Positions 25,301 to 32,949 are shown, counted from the first letter of the stretch. The stretch is 38,943 nucleotides of DNA from Chiloscyllium plagiosum (GCF_004010195.1 NC_057749.1:15706256-15745198), one strand, 5' to 3'. A program made the numbers and translations. The notes: a model not told the origin generated them from the sequence alone.

Positions 25301-28300
25301 CTGCAGACAGAAAGAATTCCCCTCTTGAGCGGCACAAGATTCACACACAGAGCCCCCGAGACCATCGAGGACACCCCCACCCCTCCCCACAAAACAAAAT
25401 AAAAACACACAATCAGGAAACAGCAGCCTTGGCCAACAACAGGCCTCAGGACTGGACCGGCTCCCTCACGAACAGGCCGAAGCCTACCTTCAGCAGTGAC
25501 GGAGTTGGTTGTGGAATCTGCAAATTCGGGGTCCACCTCCTGCGAGCTTGGCTGGACACTGACAGGACTGCTGGGAGAACGGGAAATAAATCCATCACAT
25601 CATCGCTTCCATTCCGGGCTCTCCAAGCACTCTTCCTGGGGGGAGGGGGGGAGGGACAAGGGGACGGTGGTGGTAGAGGGGAGATATAGAGGATACAGCC
25701 CCCACTTTGTCAGATGGTCCTGCATTGCCTCTGACAAAACCAAGCCCCTCAGCCATCTCCCAGCTCCACCGACTGCTCGGGACCACCCATCAACCTCAAG
25801 GATTTTTCAAAAATGATTTGTTCTTTCACGGGATACGGGCGTCACTGGCTGGGCCACCATTTGTTGCTTGTCCCTAACTGCCCCTGTAGGTGGTGAGCTG
25901 CCTCCTCAGTCCACTGCTGTCCTTGGGGAGTAGTCAGCAGTGGAATAGCGAGGGAGGGAATTCCGGGATTTTGACCCAGCAACACCTAAGGAACGGCGAT
26001 AGATTTCCAAGTCAGGAGGGTGATTGGCTTGGAGGGGAACACGCAGAGGGGGTGATATCCCCGTGGACAAATGAAAAGTGCAAGTCTGAGTCACCAGGAG
26101 GCGGTAGTGGTTGGTGAGGAGGGTGGGAGACAGGGCTGGGTGAGCAGGAAATGAGACTATCTCAGTAACATGACAGTTACTGGGTGAGCAGAGCTTGGCC
26201 AGGTCTTTGTTGATGGACAAACTATTTATACCATTTACGTAGCGGCTTTCACAACCTCAGAATGTACCAAATCAAAACCAAACCTGTTGGAGAAACTCAG
26301 CAGATCTGGCAGTGACTGTGGGGAGTGGGGGGAGAGACACAGAGCGGGGAAGAAAGGGGGTGCTGAGAGTGGGGGAGAGGGGAAGGGAGGGGAGAAGAGA
26401 GAAAGAGAGGGAGGTGTAGAGGGGTGTGGGGGGAGAGTGAGGGTAGAGGGGGGCGGGGAAGAGGGGGGCGCACGCACTCACACACACACAGCCACTCACA
26501 CACACACAGCCACTCACACACACACAGCCACTCACCGGCTTTGCACCTTTGGCTCTGACAGACCCTCCATCGAAGGAATGGATGGTTCACCAGACTTCTG
26601 ACACGCCGTTGTTTCCATGGTGCCCAGAACTGAAAGAAAACAACAAACACAAACGTAGTGAAGGGGGGGGGGTGTGTGGCAGAGTTGAAAGGCTCATCAA
26701 TGGCGATGAGGGCTCCACCGTAACGGTTCAGCTCTGGAGAGTGGAACAATGTCATCGAGTCACAGAGTGTGGAAACAGACCCTTCAGACCAACCAGTCCA
26801 TTCCAACTGAACTAGTCCCACCTGCCTGTTCCCGGCACATATCCCTCCAAACCTTCCCTATCCATGGACTTATCCAAATGTCTATTAACTGTGCCCTCAT
26901 CCATCACTTCCTCAGGAAGTTCATTTCACACACAAACCACCCTCTGTGTAAATACTTTGCCCCTTCTGTTTTTTAAAATCGTTCACCTCTCACCTTAGAA
27001 AAAACATGCCCCCTAGCTCCCCACCCCTGGCAAACAGACGGTTGCCATTCACCCTATCCATGCCCCTCCCGTTTATATAAACCTCTATATGGTCGCCTCC
27101 GATGCTCCGCATTTCCCCATACTGTCCCCAGCCCTCAGGAAGGCAGCTTCACCTCCACCTTAGCAGTTGCCAGAGTGACTGTGGTTATTGGATGCACTGA
27201 TGTAGTCTTCATCCTTAGCAACTGGAACTGGATTTGATTGGTCAACACAGCTAACATGCCCTTCCACCATCAAATGGTGATTCACCGTCATACGACAGAA
27301 CTAGAGCCATAGAGCTGTACAGTTGCACCCTTCAGTCCAACATTAATCTAGTCCCATTTGCCAACACTTGGCCCATATCCCTTTAAACCCTTCCTATTCA
27401 TATACCCATCCAGATGCCTTTTAAATGCTGTAATTGTACCAGCCTCCACCACGTCCTCTGGCAGCTCATTCTATACACGCACTGCCCTCTGTGCGAAAAG
27501 GTAAATCTTTCCCTTCTCACCTTAAACCTATACCCTCTAGTTTCTGGCTCCCTTACCCTGGGAAAAGAGCTTCACTATTCACCCAATCCATGCCCCTCAT
27601 GATTTTATAAACTTCTATAAAACCAAGGCTAGGGTGAATAGGCAAGGAATTGCCTGACTAAAAGGTATTCGGAAAAGAGTAGGCACAGCCCACACAACAG
27701 GCCTGGTATCACCATCAGCCCCTACACACTGCAACCTATCATCATTACTTTCCCTTTATTCATTCAGGGATGTAGGTGTCGCTGGTGCTGTTGTCCGTAG
27801 CTAGTCGCCCGGCTCACTGGGACACTCCAGCAGACAGTTAAATGTCATCCACATCGCTGTGGGACTGGAGTCAGATACTGGCCAGACCAGGTAAGGACGG
27901 CAGATTTCCCTCCCTAAAGAGCATGTGTGAACCCAATGGGTTTTTACAACAACCCATGATACTCTCACAGTCACCAACCCTGAAGCTAGTTTTCAATTCC
28001 ACTGTATTTTCTAATCAACCCGTTGGGAGTTGTTATTAAAGACCTCTGGAGCAAGCGGGACTTGGACACAAGCCTCCTGGATCAGAGGAAGGGACGCTAC
28101 CACAGTGCCACAAGAGGCCTCAGTCCAACTGAGCATTAAATTCCACCAGCCACTGCAGCAGGATTTGAACACATGCCCCAGACCATTAGCCCTCGATGGT
28201 CAGGAGAAAGTGGGGACTGCAGAAGCTGGAGACCAGAGTCGAGAGTGTGGTGCTGGAAAAGCACAGCCTGACGAAAGGCTTTTGCCCAAAATGTCGATTC

Positions 28301-31300
28301 TCCTGCTCCTTGGATGCTGCCTGACCTGAAGTGCTTTTCCAGCACCACACCACACTCTTGGCCCTGGATAATTAGCCCAGTGGGGGAACCAGGTACTGAC
28401 TTGGAAACGCTGGCATTATACCCATGGGGTGGCCATTCAGCCCCTCCAGCCCATTCTTCGCCGACCTCTGTCCTAACTGGCCAGCTTGCTCCTGTAACCC
28501 CTAACTCAAATTTGACATTTTTAATTGAACACCCCCCCACCCCGGTCTCAGCAGCCCTTTGGGGTAGGGTGGGTGGGTCTTGGTTACAAGTTTCACTGCG
28601 TCACCCCCTCCTGCCGTCACTGCTGGAGGGTCACATCAGTGGGTCCCCAATCTGACCCCACGTCCCCCTCCTCACACAAGAAAGACCCCCTCTGCATCTC
28701 ACTGATCCTAAAAAGTCTGGTTCGATCATCTCTGTAACCTCTGCTGTTTCAAGGGTGACAAACCCCCACAATCTGTCCTAATTATTTAACCCCATAAGCT
28801 CCAGTTTGAAGCCAATTCAAGGTGAGACCCCTACATCCAAGTGCAGAGCCCTCAAGTTAAAGGCTAATGTTCCAATCAACTTTCTACATTACCTGTGCAC
28901 TTCCCCAACTTTTTAGCAATTTTTCTCCCTCTCCCACTTCCCCAACCAATAAACATAGCTCCAGATTGCTGACCCTTCACACCTCCTGGTACATCACCAT
29001 GAACAGAACACTGTGATCCATTGTGCTTCAGTCCAGGCTGCCTGCTCCCTCAATCAATCATACCCCCTGCCAGGAACCCCCCAAGGCAAATCAGAGACTA
29101 CCCTGCCTCACTACACTGCCTCACCATGGGAATGCTGGGTATTCCTTTTTCCAGACCTGCATTTATATTGTGCCTTTCCCAAGTTCAGGAAGTTCCAAAA
29201 CGCTGTACGAACAGTGGGTGGCTCAGTGGTTAGCACTGCTGCCTCACAGCACCGGAAACCCAGGTTCGATTCCAGCCTCGGGTGACTGACTGTGTGGTGT
29301 TTGCACGTTCTCCCCGTGTCTGCGTGGGTTTCCTCCGGTGCTCCGGTTTCCTCCCACAGTCCAAAGATGTGCAGGCTAGGTGAATTGGCCAGGCTAAATT
29401 GCCGGTAGTGTTAGGTGCATTAGTCAGAGGGAAATGGTTCCGGGTGGGTTACTCTTCAGAGGGTCGGTGTTGACTTGTTGGGCCAAAGGGCCTGTTTCCA
29501 CACTGTAAGGGAATCTAATCTAAAAAATCCTTTCTGAAGTGCAGCCATAATTGTCGAGAGCAGCCAGTTCCCACAAACAGTAACGTGACAATGACTAGGT
29601 AGTCTGTGTGAGCAAAGTTCATCGAACGATGAATATTGACCAATGAGAACACCCTTGTTTTTCATCAGAATAGTGGGGCTGTGAGATCTTTCACATCTAC
29701 CTTTCAGGGCACCAGTGGCTTCATTTCAACATCTCATCCAAAAGACATCACCGCCATCCCCCAAAATAGTGCTGCACTCCGTCATAGAACAATACAGCAC
29801 AGAACAGGCCCTTCGGCCCACGATGTTGTGCCGAACATTTGTCCTAGTTTAAGCACCCATCCATGTACCTATCCAATTGCCGCTTAAAGGTCGCCAATGA
29901 TTCTGACTCTGCCACTCCCACAGGCAGCGCATTCCATGCCCCCACCACTCTCTGGGTAAAGTAACCCATCGTTACTGCTTAATCTCAGCTTTGCTGAGAG
30001 TGGTCAATTGGGACTTGAACTTCCTGAGAGGGGGTTACTTGTTCAGCAATCTGATGAATGCACGCTCACAGATCTGTCCCCCGAGCGAGGCTGCTGGTGG
30101 CAATGGGACTTCGGTTCCACCGTCACTCACCTTTGTGATGCATCTCCTTCCGGCCAGAGATCTCTTTGTCGCCTCCTGCCGAGGTCTTGGCTGCCTGTGG
30201 GCCAGCAATCAGCTCCTGCAACATCCAACACACAGGGACACCTCAGAGTCTCAGCAGTCACACAAACCACACCACATCTAATAGAGTCACAGGCACAGTC
30301 ATAAAGCACAGAAGCGGACCCTTCAGTGCAACCAGTGCATGCTGACTACAATCCCAAACTAAGCTAGTCCCATCTGTTATGCACTTTGCCCATATCCCTC
30401 CAAACATTTTTTATTCATGTACTTGGGACAGCACGGTGGTTTAGTGGTTAGCACTGCTGCCTCAAAGTGCCAGGGACCTGTTTCAATTCCAGCCTCAGGC
30501 GATTATCCATGTGGAGTTTGTACATTCTCCCCGTGTCTGCGTGGGTTTCCTCCGGATGTACTTGGGAGAGCACGGTGGTTTAGTGGTTAGCACTGCTGCC
30601 TCACAGTGCCAGAGACCTGTTTTCGATTCCAGCCTCAGGCGATTATCCATGAGGAGTTTGTACATTCTCCCCGTGTCTGCGTGGGTTTCCTCCGGGTGCT
30701 CCAGTTTCCTCCCACAGTCCAAAGATGTGCAGGTCAGGTGAACTGGCCATGCTCAATTGCCCGTAGTGTTAGATGCAATAGTCAGGGGTAAATACATGGT
30801 AGGGGGAATGGGGCTGGGTGGGTTACTCTTTGGATGGTAAGTGTGGACTTGGTGGGCTGAAGGGCCTGTTTCCATACTGTAGGTATTCTAATCTTATCCA
30901 AATGCTTTTTAAATGTCGCAACTGAATGGACATCCACCACGCCCTCTGGAATTTCATTCCAAACACAAACCACTCTGTGTGTAAAAAGGTTGCCCCTTAT
31001 GTCCTTTTTTTAATCTCTCTCCTCTCACCTTAAATATATGCCCTCTAGTCTTGAAATCCCTAGTTTGAAGAGTTTGGGAGATTTCTAGATGTTTTCTCTT
31101 TCCAAAATAAAAAACAATGATTAATGAAAAGATATCAGAACTTCTATTTAAAACGAGGCTCCTTGGAAATTGTGTGACTTGTTATAATTGCTGTTCTTGG
31201 TTGCCTGGACGAATCTTGGTTGTTTCACTTCATTGGTTTACCGTGGGTCTGTTGGCACAGTGTCTGCAGAGTCTCTGTTCTGGAGTTAGCTGGGGGAAAG

Positions 31301-32658
31301 CCTGCTAAGAACAAGCTGCCCAGCTCACTTCAGGTGAATTCAGGTTGAAACCTGAGTGTTGTCCTGGAAGAATGAGAGAAAATTTCTCACGCTTGTACTT
31401 CCTGAGCAAGCTGTGTCTGCCAAGACACCAGACCACCATGTATGATTAGTGACTTGACACATTTGTAAGACAGCAAGATTGACAGACTGGAGAACATTTT
31501 ACTCTTTTAAACCAGAAGTAAAGCTCCCCATAAACTGTCCCTATCAAACACTCCCAGGACAGCGACAGCACTGAGTTAGATTAAGAGTAAAGCTCCTTCT
31601 ACACCATCCATGTCAAAGACTCCCAGACTGAGACAGCACAGGTTAGATATAGGGTGAAGCTCCCTCTACTCTTTCAAAATAAAAGTAAATATAAAGTAAA
31701 GCTCTCTTGACACTATTCCCATCAACCACTTCCAGGAGAGGGACAGCAAGCGTCAGGTACAGAGTAAAGCTCCCTCTACCTGTCCCTCTGAGCAAACAAT
31801 CCCAGGACAGGGACAGCACAAGGTTAGATACAGAAAAAAAGCCATCTTTACGCTGTCCCCCATAAAATACTCCCAGGACAGGGACAGCACAGGGTTAGAA
31901 ATGGACTAAAGTTCCCTCCACACTTCCCGGACAATGGAAAGCACAGGGTCAGATACAGGAGTAAAGCTTCCTCTACACTGTCCCCCATCAAACACTCACA
32001 GCACAGGGTTGGATACAGAGTAAGGAGAAAGTGAGGTCTGCAGATGCTGGAGATCAAAGTTGAAACTTTATTGCTGGAACAGCACAGCAGGTCAGGCAGC
32101 ATCCAGGGAACAGGAGATTCGACGTTTCGGGCACAGGCCCTTCTTCAGGATACAGAGTAAAGCTCCCTCAACACTGTCCCCATGAAACGCTGCCAGGACA
32201 GGGACAGCACGGGGTTAGATACAGAGTAAAGCTCCCTCTACACTGTCTCCATCAAACACTCCCAGCACAGGGGTAGATACAGAGTAAAGCTTCCTCTACA
32301 TTGTCCGCCATCAAACACTCCCAGGACAGGGACACATTGGGGTTAGATACAGACTAAAGCCTCCTAAGCACATTCAATGCTTTACCATTTTGCCGTTGAG
32401 AATACATAGTCTTGGTCAGAAACTTTGTCGCCGATCCTGCAACCTCATCGAATGGTCAGAGAGTACTCACCAACACTGGGCTGTGTGTGCGGGGCTGCAG
32501 GTTCGACAGGCACCGGGCTTGGAGATTCCGGTAGCTCTGCTCAGGGTCATCCTCCGACAGCACACTCTCAGCCTGGGAGTCCTCTACAATCAGGCACGGG
32601 GTGTCTTGCTGCGAGAGCTCAGGTTCCAGCTGGGTGCCGTTCGGGTCCATGTGATGAA
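1129..32658 (-). CDS. TP53BP1: TP53-binding protein 1 (53BP1), partial gene model: join(32471..32658, 30131..30215, 26536..26629, 25488..25570, 23401..23544, 22806..22875, 18186..18358, 16053..16167, 12823..12917, 9699..9913, 5543..6995, 2612..2728, 1129..1338); continues 3' past the last exon found
   Basis: Colinear 53BP1 blocks: MDPNGTQLEPELSQQDTPCLIVEDSQ, LGLLELSESQ, LHLSGQQSLVQESLS, PIIVPNSPT, PMDTS, PQASTP, SH/DIFVPTPSL, EIPFHFTLPKEGD..TPPLIG..RHSTPI, KLCLRMQL. All introns are GT-AG and the phases chain 0,1,2,1,1,2,1,2,1,0,1,1,1 with no in-frame stop. Confidence 0.97.
1731..2002. mobile_element. Family A short element as an inverted pair (1731-1817 and 1891-2002), probably Penelope-like-derived, with degenerate hammerhead cores
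   Basis: Arms gctggaaaagcacagcaggtcaggcagcatc and its reverse complement; same family at 10663, 11702, 28202 and 32023. Confidence 0.75.
2071..2381 (+). mobile_element. HE1-type SINE
   Basis: A/B boxes, V-domain and LINE-derived tail. Confidence 0.9.
2612..2728 (-). CDS. TP53BP1: 53BP1 exon 13-equivalent, EIPFHFTLPKEGDVIQPIVGGTPPLIGSLKQGPRHSTPI (117 nt, phase 1->1)
   Basis: cccctccAG acceptor, TTG|GTAAGT donor; highly similar to human ETPFHFTLPKEGDIIPPLTGATPPLIGHLKLEPKRHSTPI. Confidence 0.96.
3374..3660 (-). mobile_element. Rex1/Babar-like non-LTR retrotransposon 3' fragment
   Basis: Translation HPSNNLLQPLLSSGGKYKSLNTRTNRFKSSFFPAVISLL is the typical C-terminus of this group; tail ends in (aaatc)n. 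Confidence 0.72.
3696..3958 (-). mobile_element. CR1-clade LINE 3' fragment, internally deleted
   Basis: Tail tgatcagccatgat..gggctgaatggcctactcctgc; coding remnant LYRALVRPHLEYCVQFWSP. Confidence 0.8.
4010..4527 (-). mobile_element. HER1/CR1 LINE 3' fragment with a second short HER1 tail nested at 4279-4434
   Basis: Two gtacatctctatg tails; the inner copy is flanked by taaacct direct repeats (4272-4278, 4435-4441). Confidence 0.85.
4793..4864. repeat. Compound (TG)n/(GA)n microsatellite
   Basis: Direct inspection. Confidence 0.9.
5543..6995 (-). CDS. TP53BP1: 53BP1 large exon 12-equivalent, DIFVPTPSL...SAKSLLDSSG (1453 nt, phase 0->1); acidic and disordered
   Basis: Core of the 522-aa ORF 5508..7076; tgtttgtttttgaAG acceptor before DIFVPTPSL; GTG|GTAGGT donor is in phase with the next exon. 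Confidence 0.93.
7112..8089. repeat. About 110-bp diverged inverted repeat (7112-7223 versus 7978-8089)
   Basis: gagacaatgctgtccc..ccctcctgttccttt..gatattttatcc.agtta recurs as its reverse complement. Confidence 0.9.
7438..7977 (+). mobile_element. HER1/CR1 LINE, 5'-truncated 3' end
   Basis: RKDVVKLERVQKRFTRILPGLE..EKLNRLGLFSLE..RGNFFT.RVVRAWN; 3' UTR ends in ctctatgact. Confidence 0.93.
8685..9140 (+). mobile_element. Degenerate CR1-clade LINE 3' fragment
   Basis: MRRAF..RVSLWNSLP remnant and gggctgaatagcctcctcctgc tail. Confidence 0.75.
9262..9495 (+). mobile_element. HE1-type SINE, internally deleted
   Basis: cagtggttagcac..ggttcgattccagcctcgg head and LINE-like tail. Confidence 0.8.
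9699..9913 (-). CDS. TP53BP1: 53BP1 exon 11-equivalent, AEEPMDTS...PQASTPVSESIPAF...PVPSLPDLSH (215 nt, phase 1->0)
   Basis: ttctgttccAG acceptor (CAGCAG), CAT|GTAAGT donor; matches human PMDTS..PQASTPISQSTPVF..PIPSQPQFSH. Confidence 0.94.
10072..10348. repeat. 69-bp minisatellite, about 4 copies
   Basis: tgtatctaacctcatgctgtccctg..gggagtgtttgat..ggacagtgtagagagagctttactc repeats with period 69; reverse complement of the array at 31505-32365. Confidence 0.95.
10663..10786 (-). mobile_element. Family A short element, single arm, with decayed hammerhead core
   Basis: aggagaaagtgaggactgcagatgctggag...gggcataagcccttcag. Confidence 0.8.
10834..11465 (-). mobile_element. HER1/CR1 LINE 3' fragment, diverged
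   Basis: Reverse-strand tail plus LYRTLV.PLLEYCVRFWSP remnant. Confidence 0.85.
11702..11866. mobile_element. Family A element with partial inverted arm; hammerhead-like core at 11790-11826 (-)
   Basis: Minus strand reads gattc CTGATGA a cggc ttat gccc GAAA tgtc gatt. Confidence 0.8.
12823..12917 (-). CDS. TP53BP1: 53BP1 exon 10-equivalent, SSSNVIDPSQESFGPTPIIVPNSPTKQDPDL (95 nt, phase 2->1); absent from the ORF track
   Basis: ttcttttcacAG acceptor, TAG|GTAACG donor; matches human NSSDLVAPSPDAFRSTPFIVPSSPTEQ. Confidence 0.94.
13422..13669. mobile_element. Family B inverted-repeat element (arms about 13457-13511 and 13614-13668), probably Penelope-like-derived
   Basis: tggatgtaggtttgctcgctgagctgg..gtttcgtcacc mirrored by ggtgatgaaac..ccagctcagtgagcaaacctacatcca; related copy at 36378. 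Confidence 0.8.
13494..13535 (-). ncRNA. Candidate minimal type-I hammerhead ribozyme (family B)
   Basis: Minus strand reads ctcg CUGAAGA u GUUACC uaguau GGUGAC GAAA CGUC^ugga: complete core and 6-bp stem II, weak stem I. Confidence 0.6.
14485..15637 (+). mobile_element. CR1-clade LINE fragment: decayed reverse transcriptase plus 3' end
   Basis: ORF 14497-15135: VDVYMGFSKAFVKVP..WIRNWL..RRQRVVV..SGVSQGSVLGPLLF.IYINDL..KFANDTK; the catalytic FADD is mutated to FAND and stops follow. Confidence 0.95.
15637..15911 (-). mobile_element. HE1-type SINE
   Basis: Reverse-strand head cacggtggctccatggttagc and V-domain. Confidence 0.85.
16053..16167 (-). CDS. TP53BP1: 53BP1 exon 9-equivalent, GPTAA...LQVLHLSGQQSLVQESLSE (115 nt, phase 1->2)
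   Basis: Long pyrimidine tract then ctctcAG; GGA|GTAAGT donor; matches human LHLLQLSGQRSLVQDSLS. Confidence 0.94.
16170..16278. repeat. GA-rich simple repeat forming a roughly 100-nt polypyrimidine tract before exon 9 on the minus strand
   Basis: Almost pure purine on the plus strand, abutting the acceptor AG at 16169-16168. Confidence 0.85.
16938..17350 (-). mobile_element. HER1/CR1 LINE 3' end
   Basis: SLERRRLRGDLIEVYKIMRG.DRINRQSLFPGVGESRTRGHRF; close to the reverse complement of the 20761-21513 copy. Confidence 0.93.
17428..17703 (-). mobile_element. HE1-type SINE, deleted
   Basis: B box ggttcgattcc on the reverse strand and LINE-derived tail. Confidence 0.8.
18186..18358 (-). CDS. TP53BP1: 53BP1 exon 8-equivalent, SEVTSS...LMPSGLRI...ILSQEEAVEPTLS (173 nt, phase 2->1)
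   Basis: gttgcAG acceptor, CAG|GTAGGT donor; LMPSGLRI matches human LMESGLQI and LSQEE matches STQED. Confidence 0.9.
19097..19316. repeat. About 33-bp minisatellite (cagtgcggcactccctcagcactgaccctccga), 6-7 copies, amplified inside an older SINE-like repeat
   Basis: Direct periodicity; single-copy relatives of the unit at about 18050, 34195 and 1620 (reverse). Confidence 0.92.
19939..20182. mobile_element. Family C inverted-repeat element with hammerhead-like core at 20057-20094 (+)
   Basis: Arms aaaacagaaattgct..actcagcaggtctggcagca and tgccagacctgctgag..agcaatttctgtttt; related pieces at 7076-7120, 7282-7408 and 26270-26312. Confidence 0.78.
20761..21513 (+). mobile_element. HER1/CR1 LINE, 5'-truncated, inserted into an older degenerate CR1 fragment (about 20600-21700)
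   Basis: ORFs 20815-21174 and 21238-21429 are CR1 ORF2 C-terminus; tail (ctctatga)n; the older CR1 remnant resumes after 21513. Confidence 0.93.
22806..22875 (-). CDS. TP53BP1: 53BP1 exon 7-equivalent, DTNAGLTVSDKPLTGTGSSHLPER (70 nt, phase 1->2)
   Basis: gattccttacAG acceptor, GAG|GTATGT donor; the only candidate I found giving the required 1->2 phase; ends in a split Arg as in human PPAR|SED. Confidence 0.8.
23401..23544 (-). CDS. TP53BP1: 53BP1 exon 6-equivalent, GLSQAGLGLLELSESQ...EEPEP (144 nt, phase 1->1)
   Basis: ttttttccccccAG acceptor, CCG|GTAGGA donor; matches human SQLGFGVLELSQSQ. Confidence 0.92.
24018..24291 (+). mobile_element. HER1/CR1 3' fragment
   Basis: RVWNELPQKVVDAGTVTTFKRHLDKY plus tail. 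Confidence 0.85.
24797..25143 (+). mobile_element. HER1/CR1 3' fragment
   Basis: gaggtttatgaaatcatgagggg..GTVTTFKRHL plus tail. Confidence 0.85.
25488..25570 (-). CDS. TP53BP1: 53BP1 exon 5-equivalent, SPVSVQPSSQEVDPEFADSTTNSVTAE (83 nt, phase 2->1)
   Basis: ttctcccAG acceptor (CAGCAG), AAG|GTAGGC donor; TTNSVTAE resembles human TTHSLGAE at the exon end. Confidence 0.88.
26474..26535 (-). repeat. 18-bp tandem repeat (GTGAGTGGCTGTGTGTGT) starting at the exon 4 donor
   Basis: actcac on the plus strand at 26476, 26494, 26512 and 26530. Confidence 0.92.
26536..26629 (-). CDS. TP53BP1: 53BP1 exon 4-equivalent, VLGTMETTACQKSGEPSIPSMEGLSEPKVQSR (94 nt, phase 1->2)
   Basis: Strong polypyrimidine tract ttgttttctttcAG, CCG|GTGAGT donor; phases bridge exons 3 and 5. 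Confidence 0.82.
26755..27620 (-). mobile_element. Two HER1/CR1 3' fragments (about 26755-27105 and 27302-27620)
   Basis: Reverse-strand tails and 3' coding remnants. Confidence 0.8.
28202..28358. mobile_element. Family A element folded as a hairpin; decayed hammerhead core on the plus strand at about 28268-28296
   Basis: gtggtgctggaaaagcac..CTGACGA aaggcttttgccc aaaa tgtc..gtgcttttccagcaccac; GAAA is mutated to AAAA. Confidence 0.78.
29217..29522 (+). mobile_element. HE1-type SINE, near full length
   Basis: A/B boxes, V-domain and tail gaatctaatctaa. Confidence 0.92.
30131..30215 (-). CDS. TP53BP1: 53BP1 exon 3-equivalent, ELIAGPQAAKTSAGGDKEISGRKEMHHK (85 nt, phase 0->1)
   Basis: tgttgcAG acceptor, AAG|GTGAGT donor, open frame and correct phases; low sequence conservation. 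Confidence 0.82.
30282..31062. mobile_element. HER1 3' fragment (-) interrupted by an HE1 SINE (+, about 30425-30895) whose head is tandemly duplicated
   Basis: Host sequence ttcatgtactt|atccaaatg is split by the SINE; duplicated units at 30417-30555 and 30556-30695. Confidence 0.9.
31505..32365. repeat. Degenerate array of the roughly 69-bp minisatellite (about 10 units), interrupted by a family A element
   Basis: Recurrent agagtaaagctccctctacactgtccccatcaaacactcccaggacagggacagcac..gttagatac. Confidence 0.92.
32023..32150 (-). mobile_element. Family A short element with 13-bp flanking duplication and complete hammerhead core (32117-32150)
   Basis: ggatacagagtaa at 32011-32023 and 32148-32160; minus strand reads CUGAAGA a GGGC cugu GCCC GAAA CGUC^gaau. 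Confidence 0.85.
32471..32658 (-). CDS. TP53BP1: 53BP1 exon 2-equivalent; ATG at 32650, MDPNGTQLEP...THSPVL (60 aa)
   Basis: Acceptor ttcaatctAG lies 8 nt upstream of the ATG; donor GTGAGT at 32470-32465; strong match to the 53BP1 N-terminus including the S13 and S25 SQ sites. Confidence 0.96.
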
Positions 32659-32949
32659 CTAGATTGAATCATAGGTACAATTAGACAAGAAACAGGAGCC
32701 CATTCAGCCCATTGTACATACTCTACCATTCAATACAATCACAGCTGGTCTTGGGCTTCAACTCCACTATTATGCCCAATCCCCATTTCTCTCGATTCAG
32801 AAAGACCCAGGCATGTCTACTACAGCGCTGAGTATATTCTAACAATAGGCAGGGGGCATTCAGATCATCGACTCTGCTCCATCATTCAATCCAATCAGAG
32901 TCCTCTTCCCCATAACCTTCGATTCCCTTCCTGATTAAATGGGTGTCTC

